In this document: positions 10,077 through 19,284 of the stretch, piece by piece
How positions within the stretch are numbered: position 1 is the first letter of the stretch
How the letters are laid out: every line of letters starts with the position of its first letter
Assembly: GCA_965223665.1 (NCBI GenBank)
Contig: OZ245011.1
Coordinates: 416,001 to 480,000, forward strand
DNA: 64,000 nucleotides
From: Nitrospinaceae bacterium
Lineage (GTDB): Bacteria > Nitrospinota > Nitrospinia > Nitrospinales > Nitrospinaceae
Direction of reading: 5' to 3'
Notes under the pieces: model-generated
What the model was told of the DNA's origin: nothing
Database searches by the model: none
The model's input: only the letters and a program-made list of their open reading frames with translations
Translations under genes and position numbers: made by a program

Positions 10077-10928
10077 TTATTCTAAAATGGTATTATCAAG
10101 TATGGCATCTTTAAGCAGTGCTTTTGCAATATTAGCATCTACTAAATAAGCGTCCTTAAGATTAGTTCCATTTAAATTGGTTCCATGTAGATTGGCCTCT
10201 AATAAAAATGAATTTGCAAGGTTTGCATTTTCCAGATTGGCGTAAGTGAGGTCGGCCCCTTCCAGGTTGGATTCTTCCATATCCACTCCTTTACAAAATG
10301 AATCCTTAAATTCAACTCCGATTAAATTGGCGTAGGACAACCGGACTGCTCTCAACGTGCAAGAATTAAAGTCAGAGTATTTTAGTATGGAGGAACGAAG
10401 GTCAACATCCGACAATTTGGAAAAGGAGAAATCTGAACCGCGGATATTGGCCCCATTCATGCGGGTGGAGAAAATTTCTGTAGATTTCGCAAAGCAATAC
10501 ATAAGATTTGAAAAAGAAAAGTCGCAATTTTGAATTTTTGAGGAAGTAATATTACTGTGGTCTAAACGTGCGGCGCGAAATTCACACCCTCGGAATTGAG
10601 CAGATGCAAAATTTGCATTTTCAATTTTGGCATTTTTAAAATTACAATTTACAAGGGTTGCATTCTGAAAATTGGATTCGCTTAAATTAGCACCACTAAA
10701 ATTAACATTTTTTACCCGGGCATTTTGAAACTTTACTTTGGTTAGGTTTGCTTGAGAAAAATTGAGATCAATTAAATCGGAACCATCAAATATTGCTCCA
10801 GACAGTGTTCCATAAATAAATGAAACTCCATTGAGACTAATTCCTTTTAAGTCATAAGAGCTTAGATTGGTTCCATCCTGGCATTCATTATTTAAAATGA
10901 GTGATAAAACTTCTTCGACGTTTGACAT
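10077..10928 (-). CDS. Pentapeptide-repeat protein
   Basis: Nearly the whole chain is A(D/N)LxG-type pentapeptide repeats. The start overlaps the motA stop. Confidence 0.92.
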   Translation of the reverse strand: MSNVEEVLSLILNNECQDGTNLSSYDLKGISLNGVSFIYGTLSGAIFDGSDLIDLNFSQANLTKVKFQNARVKNVNFSGANLSESNFQNATLVNCNFKNAKIENANFASAQFRGCEFRAARLDHSNITSSKIQNCDFSFSNLMYCFAKSTEIFSTRMNGANIRGSDFSFSKLSDVDLRSSILKYSDFNSCTLRAVRLSYANLIGVEFKDSFCKGVDMEESNLEGADLTYANLENANLANSFLLEANLHGTNLNGTNLKDAYLVDANIAKALLKDAILDNTILE

Positions 10929-11755
10929 TATTTTTGCTGATCTGGAGGAAGCAGAGAATTCATATTTCTTTTAATTTTTTGGGGATTGATTCTGTCATGA
11001 ATTCCCTGGATCCCTACTCTAATAACTTTAAATAATGTAGCTTCATTTTCAGTACGGTTGCTAAGCTTTGCCACAATTGGCGTGATGATTAAATTTGCGA
11101 TAATAATTCCATAAAAAGTAGTGATTAAAGCTGTAGCTAAGGAAGGTCCAATGGTTTCAGGGTTGTCAATATGCATCAGCATTTGTACCAAGCCAATAAG
11201 TGTGCCTGCCATACCAAAAACAGGAGCCTGGACGGCCATGAACCTTAATATTCGCTGACCCGCATTGTGTCGATCCAGCATTGCACTTAATTCTCGCTCC
11301 AATATTTCATGAATTTCTCTTAATCCATAACCATCCACAATCATAGCAATTCCTTTTTTGAGGAATCTATTTTCTAAGTACTGTTCTTCCGCTTCTAATT
11401 TTTTTAAACCCCCAGTCCTATATTTGTGGGAAAGGCTCATAATCTCTTCAATATAATCAGAGGGACGTAGAGTGTCTGGTTTGTAGGCATTTATTATTAC
11501 AGGGAATAATCCCAGAATTTTTTTAGAGGAAAAGGCAATGAAAGTTGTAGCCAAAGTTCCGCCTATCACAATAAGTATGGCATTTAGATTAAAAAAGGTA
11601 GAAGCATCTCCACCTCTAAAAATTGCCCAGACTAACAGGCTAATGCCCAAAACAGTACCTGCTAGGGTCATAGCATCAAATCGGCTTTCAGGGGAAGAAT
11701 CGATTTCTGTAGAAAAGTTATGAACGTTTTCAGCTTGTCTTAACGGAATTTCCAT
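10928..11755 (-). CDS. motA: MotA/PomA-family stator A subunit
   Basis: IVIGGTLATT; YRTGGLKKLE; FLKKGIAMIVDG; APVFGMAGTLIGLVQML; GPSLATALITTFYG. Confidence 0.9.
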   Translation of the reverse strand: MEIPLRQAENVHNFSTEIDSSPESRFDAMTLAGTVLGISLLVWAIFRGGDASTFFNLNAILIVIGGTLATTFIAFSSKKILGLFPVIINAYKPDTLRPSDYIEEIMSLSHKYRTGGLKKLEAEEQYLENRFLKKGIAMIVDGYGLREIHEILERELSAMLDRHNAGQRILRFMAVQAPVFGMAGTLIGLVQMLMHIDNPETIGPSLATALITTFYGIIIANLIITPIVAKLSNRTENEATLFKVIRVGIQGIHDRINPQKIKRNMNSLLPPDQQK

Positions 11756-11756
11756 T

Positions 11757-13835
11757 CTAAATACTGATTAGTTTATTAGTATCTAAAGTCCTGGCTATTA
11801 GAGATTTATGTATATAACTGGGAACCCAGGCAAGGCTCTCTAAATCTAATCGGCTTCCGGGAATAAAAACCTTAAAAAATTCCGGATGATCCTCGCTGAA
11901 CGATAAAATTTGAGGTTGGAGTTCTGATAAACAACGGGAAAGACACATTAATCCAGAAAAAGTTTTACAAAAAAGTTCTCCCCATGAAGTCAAGTATATG
12001 GCTATGACACTACGCACTCTTTCAAGTCTCTTTTGGACAAACTGGGTATATTCCTCTAAAGTTCTACATTCCTTTATATTTCCAATTGTGACTTCTTTAG
12101 GGACGGGATTTCCGAAATCAATGATTAAATATAATTGCTTTACATAAGAATCATTCAGGAGCTCTTTATTGGAAATTTCTGCGACATTGGTTAAAGATAA
12201 AAATCCGGAAAGATCTTCGAGTAGTTTTCGTAGATCATTATCCTTAATTGAATGATCTTCCGATCGAAGTAACAAAAAGGTTTCCTCAGAATAAAGTCGA
12301 TTAAAGCAAGTAAACGCTATTAGAAATTGGAGTGTGGATGCTTTTTTAATGATTTTTGCTTTCGGAATTTGCTCAATAAAATCTAATGTTTTCCCGCGTA
12401 TAAGAAACCACTCACCCGGGTCCCGGGGTTGTGTTTTATGGTGAAGAAAGGTCAATTCCTTTTCACTAGTTTTACCGTCGACCAAGGCAAATAAGTTTTC
12501 GACTTTATTAACTGTTTTCCGATAGAAACTGAATAATTTTCTGCCGAGTAAATGCGTGTCTTTCTCAGTAATTAAACTTTCTCCCGGCGCTAATTTTTGA
12601 TTGGCTTCAGAAATATTTTTATATGAATTCATTAAAATTTTATTGACACGATTTCCCAACGCTACCTTTTCCATCATTTGCCAATTAAAATAATCATTTA
12701 AATAATCAGCTTTGGCCCGAGGCCAATTCCATGAATTTATTAAGTCAATTAATATGACTTTTTTGGGTTGTGAACTTCCATATTTTAATTCGTCAACTGT
12801 AAGTTTTTTTCCTACTTTTAAATAAAATGCGGTTCGTAATACTTCCAATTCGTCACTAGTTTTGTTGTTTTTAAAGAAATTTTCTACTCTTTCAAATAAA
12901 TTAATATAAGGATCGATTTGATCAAATGGAATGCCGCTATAAACTTTACTTTTAATTTCGTGGCAAAGTAAATTACTGGTTGTAGTATTAAACATATATT
13001 CTTCTAATAAAGCCATTTTGATGAGGGTCTTGAAGGGAGCCTTAAACGATTTAATTAATGCCCAAATGGAACCTCCGAAAAATTCACCTTGGGATATATC
13101 ATCTACATTTCCAATATCTAGAAAATCATTACTATTTAAAAGAGTCTGGTGTGTGTTAACCATTTGGTAAAGCTGCTCATACTGTTTGTCATCGGTTTTT
13201 AAAGGGACGACCCACCAAAAGGGGATTTTCCCAGCAGTGATGACGGCGGTTCTATACATTTCTTCTTTTAGCAATTTCGCTTGTGCCGATCCGGTACTTT
13301 CAGAGTCGCTTTCTCCAAAAATATTTTCCTTCACCTCATTAATATCATTACTAAAAAAGTGTATTTCCAATCCATAGGTTTTCCATGCCCATTCTTCAAT
13401 TATTTTTAATTTAAGATTAAAAAGGTCTAGATTTTCAGGAGACACACTATATTTGTTTATAAAAACTGTAAAATCTAAATCAGATTTTACGTTTTGAGCA
13501 ATGGAACCGGCACTCCCCATTAATAAAATACATTCAATAAAAGGATTCAGGTTTTCATTGGGCTGTGAATGAATATCAGGGAAGAGACTTTCTTGAGCAA
13601 AACGGCATTCATAACTTAATTTGAACCCTTGAATTCCACAGGGGACTTGATCAGTTATGAATCCGGGCAGACCTTTTTGATTTATATGTAATAATCGGGG
13701 AATTAAAGTGAAAACCTTCCGGTCTTCAGGGTTGAGGTTGCTAAAGATTTCATTTATTCGGTGCTGATTGTATCGCAGGAAAATTTGCCTATTATGGAAA
13801 AGTTCATTTGAAATGCTCTGTCCATTTGTTGTCAT
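11757..13835 (-). CDS. cyaA: Class I adenylate cyclase
   Basis: Nucleotidyltransferase motif MGSAGSIAQNVKSDLD; EIHFFS; LLKEEMYRTAVITAGKIPFWW; APFKTLIKMALLEEY; DPY; RTAFYLK. All match class I cyclase signatures. Confidence 0.85.
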   Translation of the reverse strand: MTTNGQSISNELFHNRQIFLRYNQHRINEIFSNLNPEDRKVFTLIPRLLHINQKGLPGFITDQVPCGIQGFKLSYECRFAQESLFPDIHSQPNENLNPFIECILLMGSAGSIAQNVKSDLDFTVFINKYSVSPENLDLFNLKLKIIEEWAWKTYGLEIHFFSNDINEVKENIFGESDSESTGSAQAKLLKEEMYRTAVITAGKIPFWWVVPLKTDDKQYEQLYQMVNTHQTLLNSNDFLDIGNVDDISQGEFFGGSIWALIKSFKAPFKTLIKMALLEEYMFNTTTSNLLCHEIKSKVYSGIPFDQIDPYINLFERVENFFKNNKTSDELEVLRTAFYLKVGKKLTVDELKYGSSQPKKVILIDLINSWNWPRAKADYLNDYFNWQMMEKVALGNRVNKILMNSYKNISEANQKLAPGESLITEKDTHLLGRKLFSFYRKTVNKVENLFALVDGKTSEKELTFLHHKTQPRDPGEWFLIRGKTLDFIEQIPKAKIIKKASTLQFLIAFTCFNRLYSEETFLLLRSEDHSIKDNDLRKLLEDLSGFLSLTNVAEISNKELLNDSYVKQLYLIIDFGNPVPKEVTIGNIKECRTLEEYTQFVQKRLERVRSVIAIYLTSWGELFCKTFSGLMCLSRCLSELQPQILSFSEDHPEFFKVFIPGSRLDLESLAWVPSYIHKSLIARTLDTNKLISI

Positions 13836-13942
13836 AAAAGAAAATTGTGTTTAGCTATGTATTTTGGTTATTAATTAATTATAAAACTATATTTTGAATA
13901 AAATTCATTCCTGGAGCGATTATCGGATTTATTTCTTCTAAC

Positions 13943-15475
13943 TTAGGGATTTAAAAGAACTTTGAAATTTTTCCCAGGCTGGTTTAGGGAGATTTTTTTA
14001 GTAGCAATTTCATCATCTAGTACATCCTTATCCTTTAAAATTTTGATTTCTACCCTTCGATTTAGAGCTCGGTTTTTATCGTTTGAATTGGGTTTTTGCG
14101 GCCTATATTTTCCAAAGCCTTTTACAACTATTCTATTTGGAGGAAAATTTAAGGATTCAGTTATAAATCTTGCAACTCTTGAGGCACGGGCTGTAGATAA
14201 TTCCCAGTTTGAGGGGAACTTTTCATTATGAATGGGAACATCATCAGTATGACCTTCTACATATATTTGTTTTACACCTTCTTTTAAATAATCATTCAAG
14301 GCTTGCTTTAAAAAGTCTCTTGCTTTGGGAAGCAGATCCGAATCTCCAGGAGAAAATAAATTATTACTTTGTAATCGAACAGAAAGAGTTTTAACATCGC
14401 TACGGATCAGGCTTTCGGGATCTACATTATCTTGAACTAATTCCTTAACCCTATTGAGCATAGTCACTTCTTGTTGGCTTAAATGTATATTGTCGTCATC
14501 CCAACGAAATTCTTTTTCTTGAAATGACGAGAATGCTTCTGCAAATCTATTTTGATCCACTTTAGAAATTGTAAATAGTAAAACAAAAATTACTAAAATT
14601 AATGTGATCATGTCACTATAAGTAACCAAAAAACTTTCAAGCCCTGAGGAAAACTCCGTTGAACCTTTAGCCCTACTGTCAATTTGAATATTGTTTTCAA
14701 AACGATCGATGTCTTTCTTTTCCTGTTCTTCAATGGCTTTTCTTTCTATATCTGAGATATATTCTTGCTGCTGTTCTAATTTTTCATTTAATTCATTGTT
14801 TTCATCAATTAGTTCACTAAGTTGATTTTTTAAATCATAACCGTATTCTGAAGATAAGAGACCTTTTTCCATGGATTGGGCTGATTCTTTGTAAAATTTC
14901 TCATAGTGTTCAATTAATTTTTCTTTTTCTTTTAATCGCTCTTGTAAATCCTCATTGGTTAAGGTAGGGCGTTTTTTTAGCTCGGTTTTTAATCTAATTA
15001 TTTGTTGATTTAAATCATCAATTGAGTTTATTTTTTCACGAAATCGGCGTAATTCTCTAAGTAGGTAAGATTTTTCCCGGTTACTTTTGTCCAAGGCTTT
15101 TTGTTCCTTAACAAGTCTTTTCCTTATGGCCTTTTCTTTTATGGTTAGCTCATCCAGTTTTTGTTTCCATTCATTTTTTAGATCCGGTACATTGACTCCA
15201 AAATCAGGCTTTCGAGTTTCTTTGTTTTCTTGGGAAGAACTTTGTTTAACTGTTATATGCCGTGATATCCTAGCAACCGAAGCCATTTGCTTGGCTTCTT
15301 GTATTTCCTTATCCTTCTGCTTTAACAGCAGATGCAGTTCGCGAATTTTATCTTTGTTGAGCTGAGTAACCTGAGAAACTTTGCGGTGCAATCTTGAGGC
15401 TTCTCTTTCCTGTTTTTTAAGCTCACTGCTTTTTATTTTTAACTGTTCTTTTACTGTTTGGAGAGAATGATTCAT
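13943..15475 (-). CDS. motB: MotB-family stator B subunit with long N-terminal coiled coil
   Basis: TM motif FLVTYSDMITLILVIFVLLF with the conserved Asp at ~aa 288. OmpA-like domain VEGHTDDVPI..FPSNWELSTARA..NRALNRRVEI. Residues ~1-260 are K/E/Q/L heptad-rich. Confidence 0.85.
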   Translation of the reverse strand: MNHSLQTVKEQLKIKSSELKKQEREASRLHRKVSQVTQLNKDKIRELHLLLKQKDKEIQEAKQMASVARISRHITVKQSSSQENKETRKPDFGVNVPDLKNEWKQKLDELTIKEKAIRKRLVKEQKALDKSNREKSYLLRELRRFREKINSIDDLNQQIIRLKTELKKRPTLTNEDLQERLKEKEKLIEHYEKFYKESAQSMEKGLLSSEYGYDLKNQLSELIDENNELNEKLEQQQEYISDIERKAIEEQEKKDIDRFENNIQIDSRAKGSTEFSSGLESFLVTYSDMITLILVIFVLLFTISKVDQNRFAEAFSSFQEKEFRWDDDNIHLSQQEVTMLNRVKELVQDNVDPESLIRSDVKTLSVRLQSNNLFSPGDSDLLPKARDFLKQALNDYLKEGVKQIYVEGHTDDVPIHNEKFPSNWELSTARASRVARFITESLNFPPNRIVVKGFGKYRPQKPNSNDKNRALNRRVEIKILKDKDVLDDEIATKKISLNQPGKNFKVLLNP

Positions 15476-15680
15476 AGTATTGTCTATTTCTAGTAGTATC
15501 TTATCGGAATTTAAGCGAAAATAAGTAATAACAAAGTTGGTCTCTTTGCTGAGCCCTTTGAATAGTTTTCCACGCTTTATTTAATAAACCACAGGCTTTC
15601 CTTACCCAAATCTCCCTGGATCTATTAGGGAATTGGTGAATTTTCAATCATTTTGCACACGATTCATTTTCAACTTCCTA

Positions 15681-17147
15681 ATGGAAAAAAAATCTAATTT
15701 ATTAAAATCAAAACTATTTTGGGTAGGAATTTTATATTTTGCCGAGGGATTTCCCTTAGGAGTTTTTTATGATGTATTTCCAGTCCATTTTAGAAAACAA
15801 GGGGTCGATCTTTGGCAAATAGGATTTATGAGTCTCCTGGGATTGGCTTGGACGTTGAAATTTCTTTGGGCTCCTGCAGTGGATTATTATCGCCAGCACA
15901 GAAAATGGATTTTCTTAATGGATTCATTGATGGCTTTTATCATGATTGTATTTGCCATTTATGTGGATTTTGGACCTTGGGTTTGGTTTGCCATTGGTTT
16001 GTTTACTATTTTTTCAGCGACCAGTGATATTGCGATTGATGGGTACACGATAGAAATGTTGGAAAAAAATGAGCTAGGGATAGCAAATGGGATTAGAAAC
16101 GGAATGTATCGTGTGGGAATGTTGGCATCGGGATTTATTTTAATTTTAAGTGACTGGTTATCCTGGAGTGCAACTTATGCTGCTGGAGGTTTGATTCTTG
16201 GATTATGCGCAATTGTGGTTTTAATGGCTCCTAAAGAAAAAATCTTAAACTCAAAATCAAACAGGTCTCTCATTTCAGAATTTTCACTTCTAATTAAACA
16301 TCCACTTGCCACTACAGGTGTATATTTGTTTTTGCTGGGTTGCGCACGATTAATTGATATGAAAATTCACTTTTCTAAGGATCAAAATTACATTTGGCCA
16401 TCCCTACTGCTGTCTGTAGTAATCGTGTATTTAATCAGTTTTGTTTTTGCTAATAATTCAAAGTCTTCAAATAAAACATTACGGGATGAACTAAATGAAG
16501 GACCTATGTTTGGTGCTCTTTTTGAGTTGTTGCAGAGACCTCTAATTATTCCAATAATAATCTTTATATTGATTTATAAATTAGCAGATACCTCCATGGG
16601 CTTTATGGTAAAGCCGTTTTGGGTGGATAAGGGATTTACTTCAACCGAAATTGGTCTGGTATCAGTTAATATAGGCTTGGGATTATCAATTGCTGGTGGC
16701 TTAGTGGGGGGATGGTTTACTGACCGTTTTGGAATTTTTAAAGGAATTTGGGTTTTAGGGTTATTACAAGCATTATCCAATCTGGGTTATGCCTGGGTAG
16801 CCTGGATTATTCCGGATCCCGTCGAGGGGATTCCCATGGCTTTAAATTATAAAATTTGGATGTATGGGGCCAGTGTGGTTGAGTCATTTACTGGGGGTTT
16901 AGGTTCCGCAGCTTTTCTAGCATTTCTTATGGCCATTGTAAATAAGAAACGAACAGCTTCTGAGTATGCACTGCTGTCTTCAATTTTTGCTTTAAGCCGA
17001 TCTGTAGCCGGTTGGGCAGGAGGTTTTGGAGCAGAGGCAATGGGTTATTCTTCTTACTTCACTTTGACGTTTTTTTTAGCTTTTCCTGCTTATTTTCTTC
17101 TTCCCTGGGTTAGAAAAATGCTTGATTACACTAAAGATTGGAAATAA
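15681..17147 (+). CDS. ampG: AmpG-like MFS muropeptide permease
   Basis: LYFAEGFPLG, WTLKFLWAPAVD, SATSDIAIDGY, YKLAD, TASEYALLSS. ATG at 15681 preferred over the upstream TTG. Confidence 0.8.
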   Translation: MEKKSNLLKSKLFWVGILYFAEGFPLGVFYDVFPVHFRKQGVDLWQIGFMSLLGLAWTLKFLWAPAVDYYRQHRKWIFLMDSLMAFIMIVFAIYVDFGPWVWFAIGLFTIFSATSDIAIDGYTIEMLEKNELGIANGIRNGMYRVGMLASGFILILSDWLSWSATYAAGGLILGLCAIVVLMAPKEKILNSKSNRSLISEFSLLIKHPLATTGVYLFLLGCARLIDMKIHFSKDQNYIWPSLLLSVVIVYLISFVFANNSKSSNKTLRDELNEGPMFGALFELLQRPLIIPIIIFILIYKLADTSMGFMVKPFWVDKGFTSTEIGLVSVNIGLGLSIAGGLVGGWFTDRFGIFKGIWVLGLLQALSNLGYAWVAWIIPDPVEGIPMALNYKIWMYGASVVESFTGGLGSAAFLAFLMAIVNKKRTASEYALLSSIFALSRSVAGWAGGFGAEAMGYSSYFTLTFFLAFPAYFLLPWVRKMLDYTKDWK

Positions 17148-17837
17148 ATGATCAAAAGTAATCTACGTTTTATCTATTTACATGGTTTTGCATCGAGTCC
17201 TCAATCCCAAAAGGCGTCTATATTTAAGGCTAAACTAAAGGAAATCGGAGTAAATTTAATTATTCCAGATCTGGAAGCAGGAGACTTTAAATACATAACC
17301 ATTTCCAAACAAATGAAGGTCATAGAAAAAACAATAAATCAGGTGAAAGGTGGACCCGTTGTTCTGGTAGGAAGCAGTATGGGAGGTTATTTGGCAATAT
17401 TGGCTTCTCAAATTCATTCAAACGTAAAAGGACTTTATTTAATGTGCCCGGGTTTAAACTTTTTGAAACGATGGCGACAAAAGCTGTTGGATCAGAATCC
17501 TAAAATAAATGATTTTCCGCACTTGATAAGAGTTTTTCATTACCGTTACAATAAAGAGGTAGACTTGGATAAAGGATTATTTGAGGATGCTCTGCAATGG
17601 GAACAATTATTAATAGATAAAAAGCTTCCCATTCGAATTGTTCATGGGATAAATGATGAAACCGTGCCCATAGAAGTTTCCAGAAAATTTTCTAACAAAC
17701 GACCTTGGGTTAGTTTAAAAGAGTTAGAATCGGATCATTCGCTTCTTTCTCATATTTCCTGGATAATTGAAGATTGCATTCTATACTTTTGCCGGAATAA
17801 CTTTCTCAAAAATGGACCTACAAAGGAAAAATACTAA
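17148..17837 (+). CDS. YqiA/YcfP-family alpha/beta hydrolase (esterase)
   Basis: YLHGFASSPQSQKA; nucleophile motif GSSMGGY; HGINDETVP; SDH. Confidence 0.88.
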   Translation: MIKSNLRFIYLHGFASSPQSQKASIFKAKLKEIGVNLIIPDLEAGDFKYITISKQMKVIEKTINQVKGGPVVLVGSSMGGYLAILASQIHSNVKGLYLMCPGLNFLKRWRQKLLDQNPKINDFPHLIRVFHYRYNKEVDLDKGLFEDALQWEQLLIDKKLPIRIVHGINDETVPIEVSRKFSNKRPWVSLKELESDHSLLSHISWIIEDCILYFCRNNFLKNGPTKEKY

Positions 17838-18381
17838 AATCGAAAAATATCAAGGCTTAAAAAAAGCTGTCTGTTTATCAAAAATGGGTCATTTGGGGCA
17901 ATTAAGAAAAGGTCCCTTGAAGGAGCCTTTTTATAATCATCCCAGAAGGGTGTGTAAATCTTATTTAAAGTTTAAACATAAAACTCATGCAGGAGTATTA
18001 GCTGCTCTATGTCATGATTTGGTGGAAGATACTTTTGTCACTACTAATGAGATTGAAAATAACTTTGGAGTTGATGTCGCTATTTTAGTTAACGACTTAA
18101 CAAAACCAAAAAATGTTTCTTCTGAAGATTACGCGAGAAGCATCTACCAATGGCAATGGGAATCTAAAAAGCTTAAATTATGTGATATTGAGGACAATAT
18201 TTTGAGTTCTAAATTAATTAATACACATGATAGAAAAAGAATGCTTAATAAATGGAATAATTACTTAGAAAAACTTTTCCATTCAGCTAAAGGATCATTG
18301 GATGAATTGATGGAGTTTTATAAGAAATGGAATTTTGTTTACAATTTACTCCAAAATAGTTTGGCAGAATGTGCTGCTTAA
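17812..18381 (+). CDS. Stand-alone RelA/SpoT-type HD hydrolase (small alarmone hydrolase/MESH1-like)
   Basis: GQLRK, PFYNHP, AALCHDLVEDT, FGVDVAILVNDLTK, KLCDIEDN. Confidence 0.8.
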   Translation: MDLQRKNTKIEKYQGLKKAVCLSKMGHLGQLRKGPLKEPFYNHPRRVCKSYLKFKHKTHAGVLAALCHDLVEDTFVTTNEIENNFGVDVAILVNDLTKPKNVSSEDYARSIYQWQWESKKLKLCDIEDNILSSKLINTHDRKRMLNKWNNYLEKLFHSAKGSLDELMEFYKKWNFVYNLLQNSLAECAA

Positions 18382-18410
18382 AAATAATTATAATGAAGGT
18401 AAAAAAATAG

Positions 18411-19103
18411 ATGATTGGAAAATTTACAATTTTAATTGTCGATGATGATGAAGAAATTTTAAAACTTCTTCAGCATAAATTAGGGAAAGAAGAGAAAGAT
18501 AAGTTTAAGGTCATTGTTGCGACGGATGGTGAGTTGGCTTTGGATATAGTAACAAATAAAAAACCTGATTTGGTGATATTAGATGTAAATATGCCACTAG
18601 TAAATGGACTAGAAGTATGTCGGACAATAAGAGCTGATCCTCAAACCAAGGAAATTCCAATAATCTTTTTATCTGCGAGAAAAGATGAGGTAGATAGGAT
18701 TCTAGGCCTGGAATTTGGGGCGGACGACTATATAACAAAACCCTTCAACCCTAAAGAGCTATTGCTTAGAATTAATAATGTTTTGAAAAGAGTATATGGA
18801 GATGGAAATAAAACTGAAAACTTAACTCATGGTTTATTAAGCATTGATTTTGCGAAACATGAAGTAATAGTAAATAATCAATCCATAAAGCTGACTTTAA
18901 CAGAATTCAAATTACTTTCCTGTCTTTTGGAAAATATTGGTCAGGTTAAATCAAGAGATTATTTATTAGAACAAATTTGGGAACATGGAGACGGTGTGTT
19001 TTCACGTACTATTGACACGCATATCCAAAGACTCAGAACAAAATTAAATGAAGCAGGAGATTATATTGAGACAGTTAGGGGCGTCGGATATCGGTTTCAG
19101 TAA
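18411..19103 (+). CDS. OmpR/PhoB-family response regulator
   Basis: Receiver domain (DDD, LDVNMP, GADDYITKPF) plus winged helix (LTLTEFKLL, SRTIDTHIQRLRTKL, IETVRGVGYRF). Confidence 0.95.
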   Translation: MIGKFTILIVDDDEEILKLLQHKLGKEEKDKFKVIVATDGELALDIVTNKKPDLVILDVNMPLVNGLEVCRTIRADPQTKEIPIIFLSARKDEVDRILGLEFGADDYITKPFNPKELLLRINNVLKRVYGDGNKTENLTHGLLSIDFAKHEVIVNNQSIKLTLTEFKLLSCLLENIGQVKSRDYLLEQIWEHGDGVFSRTIDTHIQRLRTKLNEAGDYIETVRGVGYRFQ

Positions 19104-19190
19104 ATTTTATTTTTCTGCTCCTAATAAACACTACCTTTTTAATATAGGTTTTCCTTCCTGGGGATTGATCTGGTTATCCCGTACCGAATT

Positions 19191-19230
19191 TTGTTACAAA
19201 ATTGTAGCTTCCTTGTAATTCGATTTTAAC
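19191..19230 (+). promoter_or_regulatory. 11-bp-periodic direct repeats (OmpR/PhoB-type operator candidate)
   Basis: TTGTTAC (19191), TTGTAGC (19202), TTGTAAT (19213), TTTTAAC (19224). Confidence 0.5.
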
Positions 19231-19284
19231 CTTTGTTATCTACCCTGAACATGGCATTGGTTAATTAATTTTTATGAGGGAGTC

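Noticed and set aside
10928-15475. Calling the MotA/MotB pair canonical Zorya
   Set aside because: The A subunit has no long tail and looks flagellar-type, no ZorC/D/E-like genes are present, and the tail is on the B subunit. Kept only as an analogy.
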